This document shows positions 9,630 to 18,591 of a stretch of DNA of 64,000 nucleotides, one piece after another (the first letter of the stretch is position 1; each line of letters starts with the position of its first letter). The position numbers were made by a program, and so were the translations under genes. The DNA comes from an uncultured Winogradskyella sp. (GTDB lineage Bacteria > Bacteroidota > Bacteroidia > Flavobacteriales > Flavobacteriaceae), in NCBI RefSeq assembly GCF_963975125.1, contig NZ_CAXBGB010000006.1, positions 780-64,779 of the forward strand, read 5' to 3'. The notes under the pieces are model-generated. The model had not been told where the DNA came from. It searched no databases and saw nothing but the letters and a program-made list of their open reading frames with translations.

Positions 9630-10877
9630 ATGGAATACTACTCAATCGCAACAATTTTAATAGTTCTATCTGCAATCTTTGGATATATAAACGTGAAATT
9701 TTTAAAACTTCCAATTACTATTGGTCTAATGCTAATAACTATCGTGTTTACAGTTATTTTAGTTGGAATTGGACAATTTGATGATACACTTCTTGCAAAG
9801 GAAAAAGAATTTATATCGAGCATTGATTTTGAAACTGTTCTACTCGATATTATGCTAAGTTTTCTGCTTTTTGCTGGTGCTTTGCATACCAATTTTAATC
9901 AGTTAAAAATTCAGAGAGGCCCAATATTAGCATTCGCAACCTTAGGAGTTTTAGTTTCAACGTTTTTAGTTGGTGTTGTAATGTTTTATGTTTTACAATG
10001 GATAGGACTAAATGTTGAATTCATTTACTGTTTGTTGTTTGGTGCTTTAATTTCACCAACAGATCCTATTGCAGTTTTGGGAATTCTAAAAAAAGCTGGA
10101 GCACCAAAAAAACTAGAAGCTAAAATTGTTGGTGAATCATTGTTTAATGATGGAGTAGGTGTTGTAGTTTTTTTAACAATTTTTGCCATTGCCGCTAAGC
10201 CTAATGCAGCTATTGAATTTTCTGAAATAGCAACCCTGTTTGGACAAGAGGTTATAGGAGGAGTGTTCCTAGGATTGTTAATCGGTTGGATAGCATATCG
10301 TTTAATGAAATCTATTGATAATTACGAGGTAGAGGTAATTTTAACTATAGCAGTTGTAATGGGAGGAACCATGTTGGCGCATAAATTTCACTTATCAGCA
10401 CCATTGGCAATGGTAACTGCAGGACTTATTGTTGGTAATGATACCGTTAGAAATTCCGCGATGTCTGAGACAACTGAAGCTTATGTCGATAAGTTTTGGG
10501 AACTTATAGATGTACTTTTAAATACTATTCTGTTTGTTATGATTGGTATGGAAATACTAGTCTTAACATTAGAGGAGAAATATATTTACGCTGGCCTCTT
10601 AGCGATACCAATTATATTAATGTGTCGTTATATCTCTTTATGGTTGCCGATTAAGTTTTTTGCTAAACGATTAGACTTTGTCCCAAAAACAAATTTAATA
10701 ATGACTTGGGGCGGCTTACGTGGTGGTATATCTATTGCTTTAGCTTTAAGTCTTACTAAAGAAATGCATAGAGAACTATTCTTAGTAATCACCTATATTG
10801 TAGTAATATTATCTATTGTAGGACAGGGTTTGACTGTAGAGCCAATTATTAAAAGATTAACAAGAAAAACGGATTAA
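9630..10877 (+). CDS. Na+/H+ antiporter, CPA1 (NhaP-type)
   Basis: 415 aa polytopic membrane protein. LLFGALISPTDPIAV and ESLFNDGVGVV motifs are characteristic of CPA1 exchangers. Confidence 0.85.
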   Translation: MEYYSIATILIVLSAIFGYINVKFLKLPITIGLMLITIVFTVILVGIGQFDDTLLAKEKEFISSIDFETVLLDIMLSFLLFAGALHTNFNQLKIQRGPILAFATLGVLVSTFLVGVVMFYVLQWIGLNVEFIYCLLFGALISPTDPIAVLGILKKAGAPKKLEAKIVGESLFNDGVGVVVFLTIFAIAAKPNAAIEFSEIATLFGQEVIGGVFLGLLIGWIAYRLMKSIDNYEVEVILTIAVVMGGTMLAHKFHLSAPLAMVTAGLIVGNDTVRNSAMSETTEAYVDKFWELIDVLLNTILFVMIGMEILVLTLEEKYIYAGLLAIPIILMCRYISLWLPIKFFAKRLDFVPKTNLIMTWGGLRGGISIALALSLTKEMHRELFLVITYIVVILSIVGQGLTVEPIIKRLTRKTD

Positions 10878-11593
10878 TTTATCTTTAGATAAGATTCTAC
10901 GTCATCAAACGGAATTATAAATTCAGTATAACCTTGATTGTAGGATGCGATTTCATAAGCGTTGTAAAGCAAAACTAATCCATCATCGCTAAAACCAATA
11001 TTTTCAGGTAATTGAAATGGCTTTCCAAAAAAGAAATCTTCCATTGTTAAGTTGTCTTCTTCGACCTCTAATGATTTCACAAAATGCTTTTGAGCTAAGG
11101 TATAAAAGGCATCCATTTTTTTAACAATATCATTTTGGTTTAGAACTTGGCCAGATTTAGCATTTAAATTTAGAAATTTAATTTTCTCATTTCCATGCGC
11201 ACCACCTTTAAATTCGTAAACACTAATCGCTATGGTAATAATGTCTTGAGACTGATACAATAACTCAGTCTCTATGTTTAGTTCCCAAATAGGCTCCGAA
11301 GCATCTGGAAAGTCCTTTTTAAAACTTAGATATTCTGAATTAAATTCTTTTAAAATGGTATTAAGTTCCGTCTTGTTTTTAATTGAACTTAATGTGCCAA
11401 TAATAGCATTTTTAATACTGGTATTAATAGCCTCACTAAGTTCACTTTTGCCTTTAGCATTGTCATAAGTGCCAGTAATATCAGCATCAAAAGACTTTTC
11501 AATTGTTACAGTATTAAAAGTAGCAGGTTTAAATTCAGTAGTACACGAATTTAAATGTATTAGAAAAACAAAAAAACAAAAAAAACGCTTCAA
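10874..11593 (-). CDS. DUF3298/DUF4163-type lipoprotein
   Basis: Lipobox HLNSC after a hydrophobic N-terminus. FKGGAHGN motif typical of DUF3298. TTG start with no in-frame ATG upstream. Confidence 0.65.
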   Translation of the reverse strand: MKRFFCFFVFLIHLNSCTTEFKPATFNTVTIEKSFDADITGTYDNAKGKSELSEAINTSIKNAIIGTLSSIKNKTELNTILKEFNSEYLSFKKDFPDASEPIWELNIETELLYQSQDIITIAISVYEFKGGAHGNEKIKFLNLNAKSGQVLNQNDIVKKMDAFYTLAQKHFVKSLEVEEDNLTMEDFFFGKPFQLPENIGFSDDGLVLLYNAYEIASYNQGYTEFIIPFDDVESYLKIN

Positions 11594-11659
11594 AATATAT
11601 GAGTTTTGTTAAACATAGAATAAAGGTATTGTATAGATTTAGATAGAACGAATATAGGT

Positions 11660-11667
11660 TAAATTTG
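11660..11667 (+). promoter_or_regulatory. candidate -7 box TAAATTTG
   Basis: Exact TAnnTTTG match 83 nt upstream of the ATG at 11750. Confidence 0.35.
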
Positions 11668-11749
11668 TTGTGCTTAAAAAAGATCCACATTCTGTTAAGT
11701 TATTTCGCAGCATACGTCTAAAGGCTTTTTAATTTTTTATTCAATACAA

Positions 11750-12889
11750 ATGAAATTTAATACAAAAACAATACATGGAGGTCAGGATCACGACCCTGCT
11801 TATGGCTCTGTAATGCCTCCAATTTATCAAACTTCAACGTATGCTCAAACTACTCCTGGTGCCCATAAAGGTTATGAGTATTCTAGAACACACAATCCAA
11901 CTAGAAATGCATTAGAAAATGCTTTTGCGAGTATAGAAAACGGAAATTACGGATTGGCATTTGGCTCTGGTTTAGCTGCTATCGATGCAGTTTTAAAATT
12001 ATTAAAATCTGGTGATGAGGTGGTTTCTACAAACGATTTATATGGGGGAACTTACCGCTTATTTACTAAAATCTATGAAGACTTCGGAATAAAATTCCAT
12101 TTCATTGGTATGGAAAATGCAGAACGCATTGAAGACTATATTAATGATAAAACTAAACTGATCTGGGTAGAAACTCCAACTAACCCAATGATGAATATTA
12201 TAGATATTCTTACAACAGCAAAAATAGCTAAAAAACATAATGTATTGTTTGCAGTTGACAATACGTTTGCAACTCCATATTTACAGCGACCATTAGATTT
12301 TGGAGCAGATATTGTAATGCACTCTGCTACTAAATATTTAGGAGGTCATAGTGATTTAGTAATGGGAGCATTAATTGTAAAGGATAAGAAATTAGCTGAT
12401 CGCTTATATTTTATTCAAAATGCTGGAGGTGCAATTTGCGGCCCTCAAGATGCTTTTTTAGCTTTAAGAGGAATTAAAACACTTCATATACGTATGCAAC
12501 GCCATTGTGAAAATGGAAAGGCTGTAGCAGAATTTTTAGTCAATCACCCAAAAATTGAAAAGGTGTATTGGCCAGGTTTTGAAAGTCACCCAAATTATGA
12601 TGTCGCAAAATCTCAGATGAATAATTTTGGTGGCATGGTATCCTTTACAACGAAAGGAAACAACTATGAAGAAGCCATTAAGGTTGTTGAAAATTTAAAA
12701 ATCTTCACTTTAGCAGAATCTCTTGGTGGTGTAGAATCCTTAGCAGGTCATCCAGCAAGTATGACGCATGCTAGTATTCCGAAAGAAGAACGTGAAAAAA
12801 CAGGTGTCGTAGATTCCTTAATAAGATTAAGTGTTGGTATAGAAGATGAGGATGATTTAATTGCAGATTTAAAACAAGCGATAGGATAA
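11750..12889 (+). CDS. Cys/Met-metabolism PLP enzyme (cystathionine gamma-synthase/lyase or beta-lyase type)
   Basis: TKTIHGGQ N-terminus and HSATKYLGGHSD PLP-lysine motif. 379 aa. Confidence 0.9.
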   Translation: MKFNTKTIHGGQDHDPAYGSVMPPIYQTSTYAQTTPGAHKGYEYSRTHNPTRNALENAFASIENGNYGLAFGSGLAAIDAVLKLLKSGDEVVSTNDLYGGTYRLFTKIYEDFGIKFHFIGMENAERIEDYINDKTKLIWVETPTNPMMNIIDILTTAKIAKKHNVLFAVDNTFATPYLQRPLDFGADIVMHSATKYLGGHSDLVMGALIVKDKKLADRLYFIQNAGGAICGPQDAFLALRGIKTLHIRMQRHCENGKAVAEFLVNHPKIEKVYWPGFESHPNYDVAKSQMNNFGGMVSFTTKGNNYEEAIKVVENLKIFTLAESLGGVESLAGHPASMTHASIPKEEREKTGVVDSLIRLSVGIEDEDDLIADLKQAIG

Positions 12890-12965
12890 TTAAATTTAGA
12901 TTTTGAATAATGAAAACACCAAATCATATGATTTGGTATGGTTAAATGTTCTTATTGTTGAAACC

Positions 12966-13754
12966 TTAATCTAGATAATAGATGTAACCAAAGTTTAGCC
13001 ATACTAACCAGTCATTAGATTTATTAGATGATAATTGATGATCTAGACCATCTGTGAAATCACTAAAAAAATACTGAAACCTTAAGTCTATCATCAAATC
13101 TGACAAGATAGTCAGTTTATATCTTGTTCCCACACTAGATACTACAGACCATGTAGATCCGCTTTGGTCGCTAACAGAGCCTGGATCCCAGTAGGAATAA
13201 AAATTGTTGGCGTCTTCAATATTCGTATCTCCGTATGAAGTCTTAACACTAGGATTGTACGAGACATAATGTGCTCCTAAACTTGCAAATGGTGCAAATG
13301 AATAAGCACCAGCAGAAAAAGCTCTCACACTTCTAGGGAAAAACTCTAATTGCATTCCAATATTCCAATTTTGAGCTTCACCAGTATGTGCTCTTAAACG
13401 ATCGGCATCAGCACTTGTTCTATCATTTTCTACCCATTTACCAAAATGATTAAGAGTCGTTTTGTTCCAAGCAATTTCACTTCTTAATTTAAAATGATCA
13501 TTGAAGTAGGTGTCAGTTGTGTAACAATTACAATCAGCACGATAAGCAAAGTTAATATAATGAACTATACCAATACCAAAACCTGTATTTCCAGAATTTG
13601 TTTCAAAATCATAACGAACACCAAAATCGGATTGATAGGCTATAGGGCCAGCAATAACACCAATTTCGTGAGAAAAACCTAGCTGAGCATAACTTAGCTG
13701 CATAGATAAAAACACTGCAAATGGAATGAATAGTCTCTTTATGTTTATTACCAT
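12966..13754 (-). CDS. outer-membrane beta-barrel protein (hypothetical)
   Basis: Signal peptide ending SYAQ, alternating aromatic/Gly beta-strand pattern, and a terminal aromatic-rich strand FGYIYYLD. Confidence 0.55.
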   Translation of the reverse strand: MVINIKRLFIPFAVFLSMQLSYAQLGFSHEIGVIAGPIAYQSDFGVRYDFETNSGNTGFGIGIVHYINFAYRADCNCYTTDTYFNDHFKLRSEIAWNKTTLNHFGKWVENDRTSADADRLRAHTGEAQNWNIGMQLEFFPRSVRAFSAGAYSFAPFASLGAHYVSYNPSVKTSYGDTNIEDANNFYSYWDPGSVSDQSGSTWSVVSSVGTRYKLTILSDLMIDLRFQYFFSDFTDGLDHQLSSNKSNDWLVWLNFGYIYYLD

Positions 13755-13927
13755 ATAAATTTATTGTTGAGGCTCTTGCCGAACAAATATATAAAAACTC
13801 GACGAACTACCAAATAAAACAGATAAAACGCATAGTCTATTGTGGTCTATAAGTTTTAAAGAATTTTGATATTGTGAAAAAATTATTGAGAATAAAAAAA
13901 AATAAGTAGTTATTTTTACAGATAATG

Positions 13928-13935
13928 TATCTTTG
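13928..13935 (+). promoter_or_regulatory. candidate -7 box TATCTTTG
   Basis: Exact TAnnTTTG match 37 nt upstream of the gdhA ATG at 13972. Confidence 0.4.
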
Positions 13936-13971
13936 CATCCAATAAATCACAATTTCTTAACAGTAACATAT

Positions 13972-15315
13972 ATGAAAGATAAAATTGACACTTTTTTAGA
14001 GCTTGTAAAGGAACGTAATGGCCACGAGCCAGAATTTTTACAAGCAGTTAAAGAAGTAGCAGAAACAGTTATTCCTTATATCGCTAAGCACGATATATAT
14101 CACGGTAAGAATATTTTATTGAGAATGGTTGAACCTGAAAGGCTAATTTCTTTTAGAATAAGTTGGGTAGATGATGCAGGAGAAATACAGGTAAATAGAG
14201 GATATAGAGTTCAGATGAATTCGGCAATTGGTCCATACAAAGGAGGATTGCGTTTTCATCCAACAGTAAACGCTAGTATTTTAAAGTTTTTAGCTTTTGA
14301 GCAAGTGTTTAAAAACTCATTAACGACATTACCAATGGGTGGAGGTAAAGGTGGTTCTGATTTTGACCCTAAAGGAAAATCAGATAATGAGATTATGCGT
14401 TTCTGCCATGCATTTATGAGTGAATTATTTAGACATATTGGTCCAAATACAGATGTTCCTGCAGGAGATATTGGTGTAGGAGGAAGAGAGATTGGGTTTA
14501 TGTTTGGGATGTATAAAAAACTTAAGAATGAATTTACAGGTGTACTTACAGGTAAAGGAGCTTCTTGGGGTGGATCACTAATTAGACCAGAAGCAACAGG
14601 ATATGGAAACGTTTACTTTGCAGATAATATGCTAAAAACAAAAAACGATTCTTTTAATGAAAAACGGGTTGTGATTTCTGGATCAGGTAATGTAGCGCAA
14701 TATGCTGCTGAAAAAGCGCTAGAATTAGGTGCAACAGTACTAACAATGTCAGATTCGGGAGGTTACATTTTAGATGAAGATGGAATTAATACCGAGAAAT
14801 TAAATTTTGTCATGGATCTTAAAAATGTAAGACGTGGTAGAATTAGTGAGTATGCAGATAAATATCCTAACGCAAAATATATAGTAGGTGAAAGACCATG
14901 GTCTGTAAAATGTGATATTGCTTTGCCATGTGCTACTCAAAATGAGTTAAATGGAGATGAGGCAAAACAATTAATAGAGAATGGATGTATCTGTGTGTCC
15001 GAAGGAGCTAACATGCCATCAACACCAGAAGCCATTCACGAATTCCAAAAAGCTAAAATTTTATTCGCTCCAGGCAAAGCTTCTAATGCAGGCGGAGTAG
15101 CAACTTCTGGTTTAGAGATGAGTCAGAACTCATTACGTTTAAGTTGGTCGAGAGAAGAAGTAAATGCAAGATTAAAAGATATTATGGAGGATATTCATGA
15201 TTCTTGTGTAAAGTATGGAAAAAACGATGATGGATCTATAGATTACATTGCAGGCGCAAATATTGCTGGTTTTGTAAAAGTTGCAGATGCGATGCTAGCT
15301 CAAGGCGTTGTTTAA
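13972..15315 (+). CDS. gdhA: NADP-specific glutamate dehydrogenase
   Basis: KGGLRFHP and PMGGGKGGSDFDPKGKS motifs. ATG at 13972 (MKDKIDTFLE) is preferred over the TTG at 13933. Confidence 0.93.
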   Translation: MKDKIDTFLELVKERNGHEPEFLQAVKEVAETVIPYIAKHDIYHGKNILLRMVEPERLISFRISWVDDAGEIQVNRGYRVQMNSAIGPYKGGLRFHPTVNASILKFLAFEQVFKNSLTTLPMGGGKGGSDFDPKGKSDNEIMRFCHAFMSELFRHIGPNTDVPAGDIGVGGREIGFMFGMYKKLKNEFTGVLTGKGASWGGSLIRPEATGYGNVYFADNMLKTKNDSFNEKRVVISGSGNVAQYAAEKALELGATVLTMSDSGGYILDEDGINTEKLNFVMDLKNVRRGRISEYADKYPNAKYIVGERPWSVKCDIALPCATQNELNGDEAKQLIENGCICVSEGANMPSTPEAIHEFQKAKILFAPGKASNAGGVATSGLEMSQNSLRLSWSREEVNARLKDIMEDIHDSCVKYGKNDDGSIDYIAGANIAGFVKVADAMLAQGVV

Positions 15316-15335
15316 TTATTTATGGTAAATATATT

Positions 15336-15370
15336 AAAGCTTCTATGTTTTTACATAGAAGCTTTTTTTA
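15336..15370 (+). terminator. rho-independent terminator after gdhA
   Basis: AAAGCTTCTATG / loop / CATAGAAGCTTT stem followed by a T-run. Confidence 0.7.
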
Positions 15371-15438
15371 TGACTTAATATATGATTAGTTCAAAAATAT
15401 CGTTACTATTAAATATATTTGAGCAAACATATTTATTA

Positions 15439-17826
15439 ATGAATAAAACTGTTTTTAAAATCTTAATTCTACTGTTTGGTATTACGGCTTCATGTTACAG
15501 CCAAGAGTCAACAGCACTATGGCAATCACATTTCTCGTATAATAATATAGTTGATGTAGTAAGTGGGGAAAATAAAATATATGCTGCTGCTGAAAATGCT
15601 GTTTTTGAATATGACACATTAACTAATGAAGTAAAGACTATAACTACCGTAGAAGGGCTTTCTGGTGGGCAAATTACTACTGTATATTACAGTACAATAT
15701 ATCAATACTTACTTATTGGTTATGAGACGGGATTAATGGAGGTATATTCAGAAACTGATGAATCTGTATTAACTGTTGTTGATATTTTAGAGAAACAAAA
15801 TATTACTCCTATAAACAAACGTATTAATCATTTTTATGAGAGTGAAGGGTTAATTTATATTTCGACGAATTATGGAATTTCCATTTACGATTTAGAGCGC
15901 TTAGAATTTGGTGACACCTATTTTTTAGGCAATGGAGGTTCTCAAATTACGGTGAAGCAAGTTTCTGTTTTAAATAATGAAATTTTCGCAGCTTGTACAA
16001 ATAATAATGGTATAAAAAAAGCAAATTTAAATAACCCAAATTTAATAGATTTTTCGCAATGGGAAACGATTATATCGGGTAACTATCATACCATGAATAC
16101 AATAAATAATAGATTGTATTCTGTTCGAGAAAATAGAGCGCTTTATGAGATAGATGGGGCTTTAATAAGCAACTTATTTACTTTACCATTACTGCCTTTA
16201 GATGCTGAAGTATCTGATTCTAACTTAATTTTTTCGACCACAAATACCATTTATGTTTATGACGAAAATATTCAATTAATAAACAGCTTTCTACCCACAG
16301 ATGATTTTGACACTAATTTTACTTCTTCAACTTTGTTAGATGAGTTTATATATATTGGCACGGAAGATTTTGGTGTTATTAGCAGTCAAATTTCTGATGG
16401 TATTACCTATTTGGAAATTAAACCAAACGGACCACTAAAGAACAGTGTTTTTAGGCTAAATGCAACTACGGAAACGGTTTGGGCAACTTTTGGTGAATTC
16501 ACAGCGGCTCTAAATCCATATCCAATCAGATCAAATGGCATTAGTTATTTATCCGAGGGTTCATGGAATAATATTCCTTTTGATAACCTTATGGGTGCAA
16601 GAGAGTTAAATGAGATAACACCAAACATATTTAATCCAAATCAAGTATTTATAAGTTCTTTTTTCAGAGGCCTTTTAGAACTTAATAATTATGAACCTAC
16701 AACTCTTTATAACCAAACCAATAGTGGGCTTGAGTCTTTAGCCTTACCTAATAACCCAAATTATATAGATATTCGTATTTCGGCTTCTGAGTTTGACTCT
16801 AATGGATTACTTTGGGTTTTAAATAGTAGAGTGGATGAGGCGCTAAAATCTTATGACCCAATAACCGGAAATTGGCAAGGGTATAGTTTTTCTAATTTAA
16901 TTATTAATGCATTTACAGATGAAATAGGATTCTTTGATTTGGAAATTGGAAATGATGGTACAAAATGGATTGGATCTTATAATAACGGATTAATAGCTTA
17001 TAATGAAAACATGGCTAACAATCCTATAAGAAATATAAATTCTGATGAGCAAGGTGTGCCGCCATTTACAAGATTTACGACTCTAGCATTAGATAATAGA
17101 AATCAATTATGGATTGGTACAACTAATGGTTTAAGGGTATTATTTAACACAGGTAGTTTTTATGATGACCCTAACCCAACCTTAAGGGCAATAATTATAT
17201 TAGAAGAGGGCATACCAAAAGAGTTATTAGATGATCAATCTATTACAGATATTAAAGTAGATGGTTCTAATAATAAATGGGTTGGCACAGCAGATTCTGG
17301 AATTTTTTATTTTTCGTCAGATGGACAAAGTACAATTTATCATTTTACTGTAGAGAACTCTCCATTACCATCTAATACAATTAACGATATTTCAATAGAT
17401 TTAGACAATGGAATTGTTTACATAGCTACAAGTAAAGGATTATTATCTTTTAGAGCAGGAGGCTCTAAACCTGAAGAAACTTTAGAAAAAGCATTTGTAT
17501 ATCCAAACCCTGTGCGACCAGAGTATAATGTACTCGGATTTAGTGATCTTAATGATGTTAATAAGGGAATTAAAATTAGTGGACTTACAGAAAATGTAAA
17601 CATTAAAATCACGGATATTGAAGGTAATCTTGTAGCAGAAGCACAATCTAATATAAACCAAAGATCTTCAAATGCTAAGTATAATTTTGCTATAGATGGC
17701 GGCACAGCGATCTGGAATGGTAAAAACATGGGAAATTCTATTGTAAGAACAGGTGTTTATTTAGTAATGATTTCAGATTTAGACTCTTTTGAAACAAAAG
17801 TTATTAAGGTGCTTATAGTTAAATAA
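15439..17826 (+). CDS. T9SS-sorted double beta-propeller protein (Reg_prop repeats), PorZ-like
   Basis: Signal peptide MNKTVFKILILLFGITASCYSQ from the ATG at 15439. Repeated LWIGTTNGLRVL / KWVGTADSGIFYF / VYIATSKGLLSF propeller motifs. C-terminal VYPNPV...GVYLVMIS...KVLIVK sorting domain. Confidence 0.75.
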   Translation: MNKTVFKILILLFGITASCYSQESTALWQSHFSYNNIVDVVSGENKIYAAAENAVFEYDTLTNEVKTITTVEGLSGGQITTVYYSTIYQYLLIGYETGLMEVYSETDESVLTVVDILEKQNITPINKRINHFYESEGLIYISTNYGISIYDLERLEFGDTYFLGNGGSQITVKQVSVLNNEIFAACTNNNGIKKANLNNPNLIDFSQWETIISGNYHTMNTINNRLYSVRENRALYEIDGALISNLFTLPLLPLDAEVSDSNLIFSTTNTIYVYDENIQLINSFLPTDDFDTNFTSSTLLDEFIYIGTEDFGVISSQISDGITYLEIKPNGPLKNSVFRLNATTETVWATFGEFTAALNPYPIRSNGISYLSEGSWNNIPFDNLMGARELNEITPNIFNPNQVFISSFFRGLLELNNYEPTTLYNQTNSGLESLALPNNPNYIDIRISASEFDSNGLLWVLNSRVDEALKSYDPITGNWQGYSFSNLIINAFTDEIGFFDLEIGNDGTKWIGSYNNGLIAYNENMANNPIRNINSDEQGVPPFTRFTTLALDNRNQLWIGTTNGLRVLFNTGSFYDDPNPTLRAIIILEEGIPKELLDDQSITDIKVDGSNNKWVGTADSGIFYFSSDGQSTIYHFTVENSPLPSNTINDISIDLDNGIVYIATSKGLLSFRAGGSKPEETLEKAFVYPNPVRPEYNVLGFSDLNDVNKGIKISGLTENVNIKITDIEGNLVAEAQSNINQRSSNAKYNFAIDGGTAIWNGKNMGNSIVRTGVYLVMISDLDSFETKVIKVLIVK

Positions 17827-17829
17827 AAC

Positions 17830-18549
17830 ATGCTTACAAAAAACACTAGCATTGTTCTTTCCAAACTAAAATATAGAGATTACGATCTTATTGTAAAATG
17901 CTATACCCAACAACGAGGTGTGGTCAATTATATTTTAAGAGGAGTTTTAAAGTCTAAAAAAAGCCAGACTAAAACGGTTTATTTTCAAGTCTTATCTCAA
18001 CTTCAAATCGAAGAGAATTACAAACCCAATCAATCACTTCATGTTATAAAAGAAGTAAAAGCCAATTATATATATAAAAGTCTTCATACTAACATATACA
18101 AAAGCGCAATCGTTTTATTTTTATCCGAAATTCTTACCACTGTTCTTAAAGAAGAAGAAAAGAACGAGGATTTATTTCATTATATAGAAACCGCTTTACA
18201 ATATCTAGACAATGAAGATCAATTTTCAAACTTTCATTTATTATTTCTTTTAAAATTAACACGATATTTTGGGTTTCAGCCTGAAAATTTAAACAGCATC
18301 TATCCTTATTTTAATTTAAAATCTGGAGTTTTTGAAGCTTCTAAAAATGGAATATATTCGATTTCTGGTAAAAATTTAATCCTCTTAAAAGAGCTCTTGG
18401 GCACAAATTTTGATGCATTAAATGGTATTAGAATAAATGCAAAACAAAGACAAGAATTTTTAAATATGTTATTGTATTATTTTGAATTACATTTGGGTGG
18501 TTTTAAAAAACCTAAATCATTACAGGTGCTTAACGACGTATTTCATTAA
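17830..18549 (+). CDS. recO: DNA repair protein RecO
   Basis: SIVLSKLKYRDYDLIVKCYTQQRGV is an OB-fold N-terminus typical of RecO. 239 aa. Confidence 0.85.
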   Translation: MLTKNTSIVLSKLKYRDYDLIVKCYTQQRGVVNYILRGVLKSKKSQTKTVYFQVLSQLQIEENYKPNQSLHVIKEVKANYIYKSLHTNIYKSAIVLFLSEILTTVLKEEEKNEDLFHYIETALQYLDNEDQFSNFHLLFLLKLTRYFGFQPENLNSIYPYFNLKSGVFEASKNGIYSISGKNLILLKELLGTNFDALNGIRINAKQRQEFLNMLLYYFELHLGGFKKPKSLQVLNDVFH

Positions 18550-18591
18550 GCTAAATTTTAAGTAACGATTTTAGCTACGATTAGTATAAAA

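Noticed and set aside
11668-11749. Possible SAM-II/SAM-V-type riboswitch in the roughly 80-nt leader of the transsulfuration gene (it contains CUAAAGGCUUUUU).
   Set aside because: I cannot reconstruct the pseudoknot or the conserved AAAGCU/UUGC elements convincingly by eye. An Infernal scan with RF00521 and RF01826 would be needed before making any claim.
9638-17729. Short ORFs 9638..9892, 11274..11468, 13494..13682 and 17418..17729.
   Set aside because: Each is nested antisense within a longer ORF that has recognisable family motifs.
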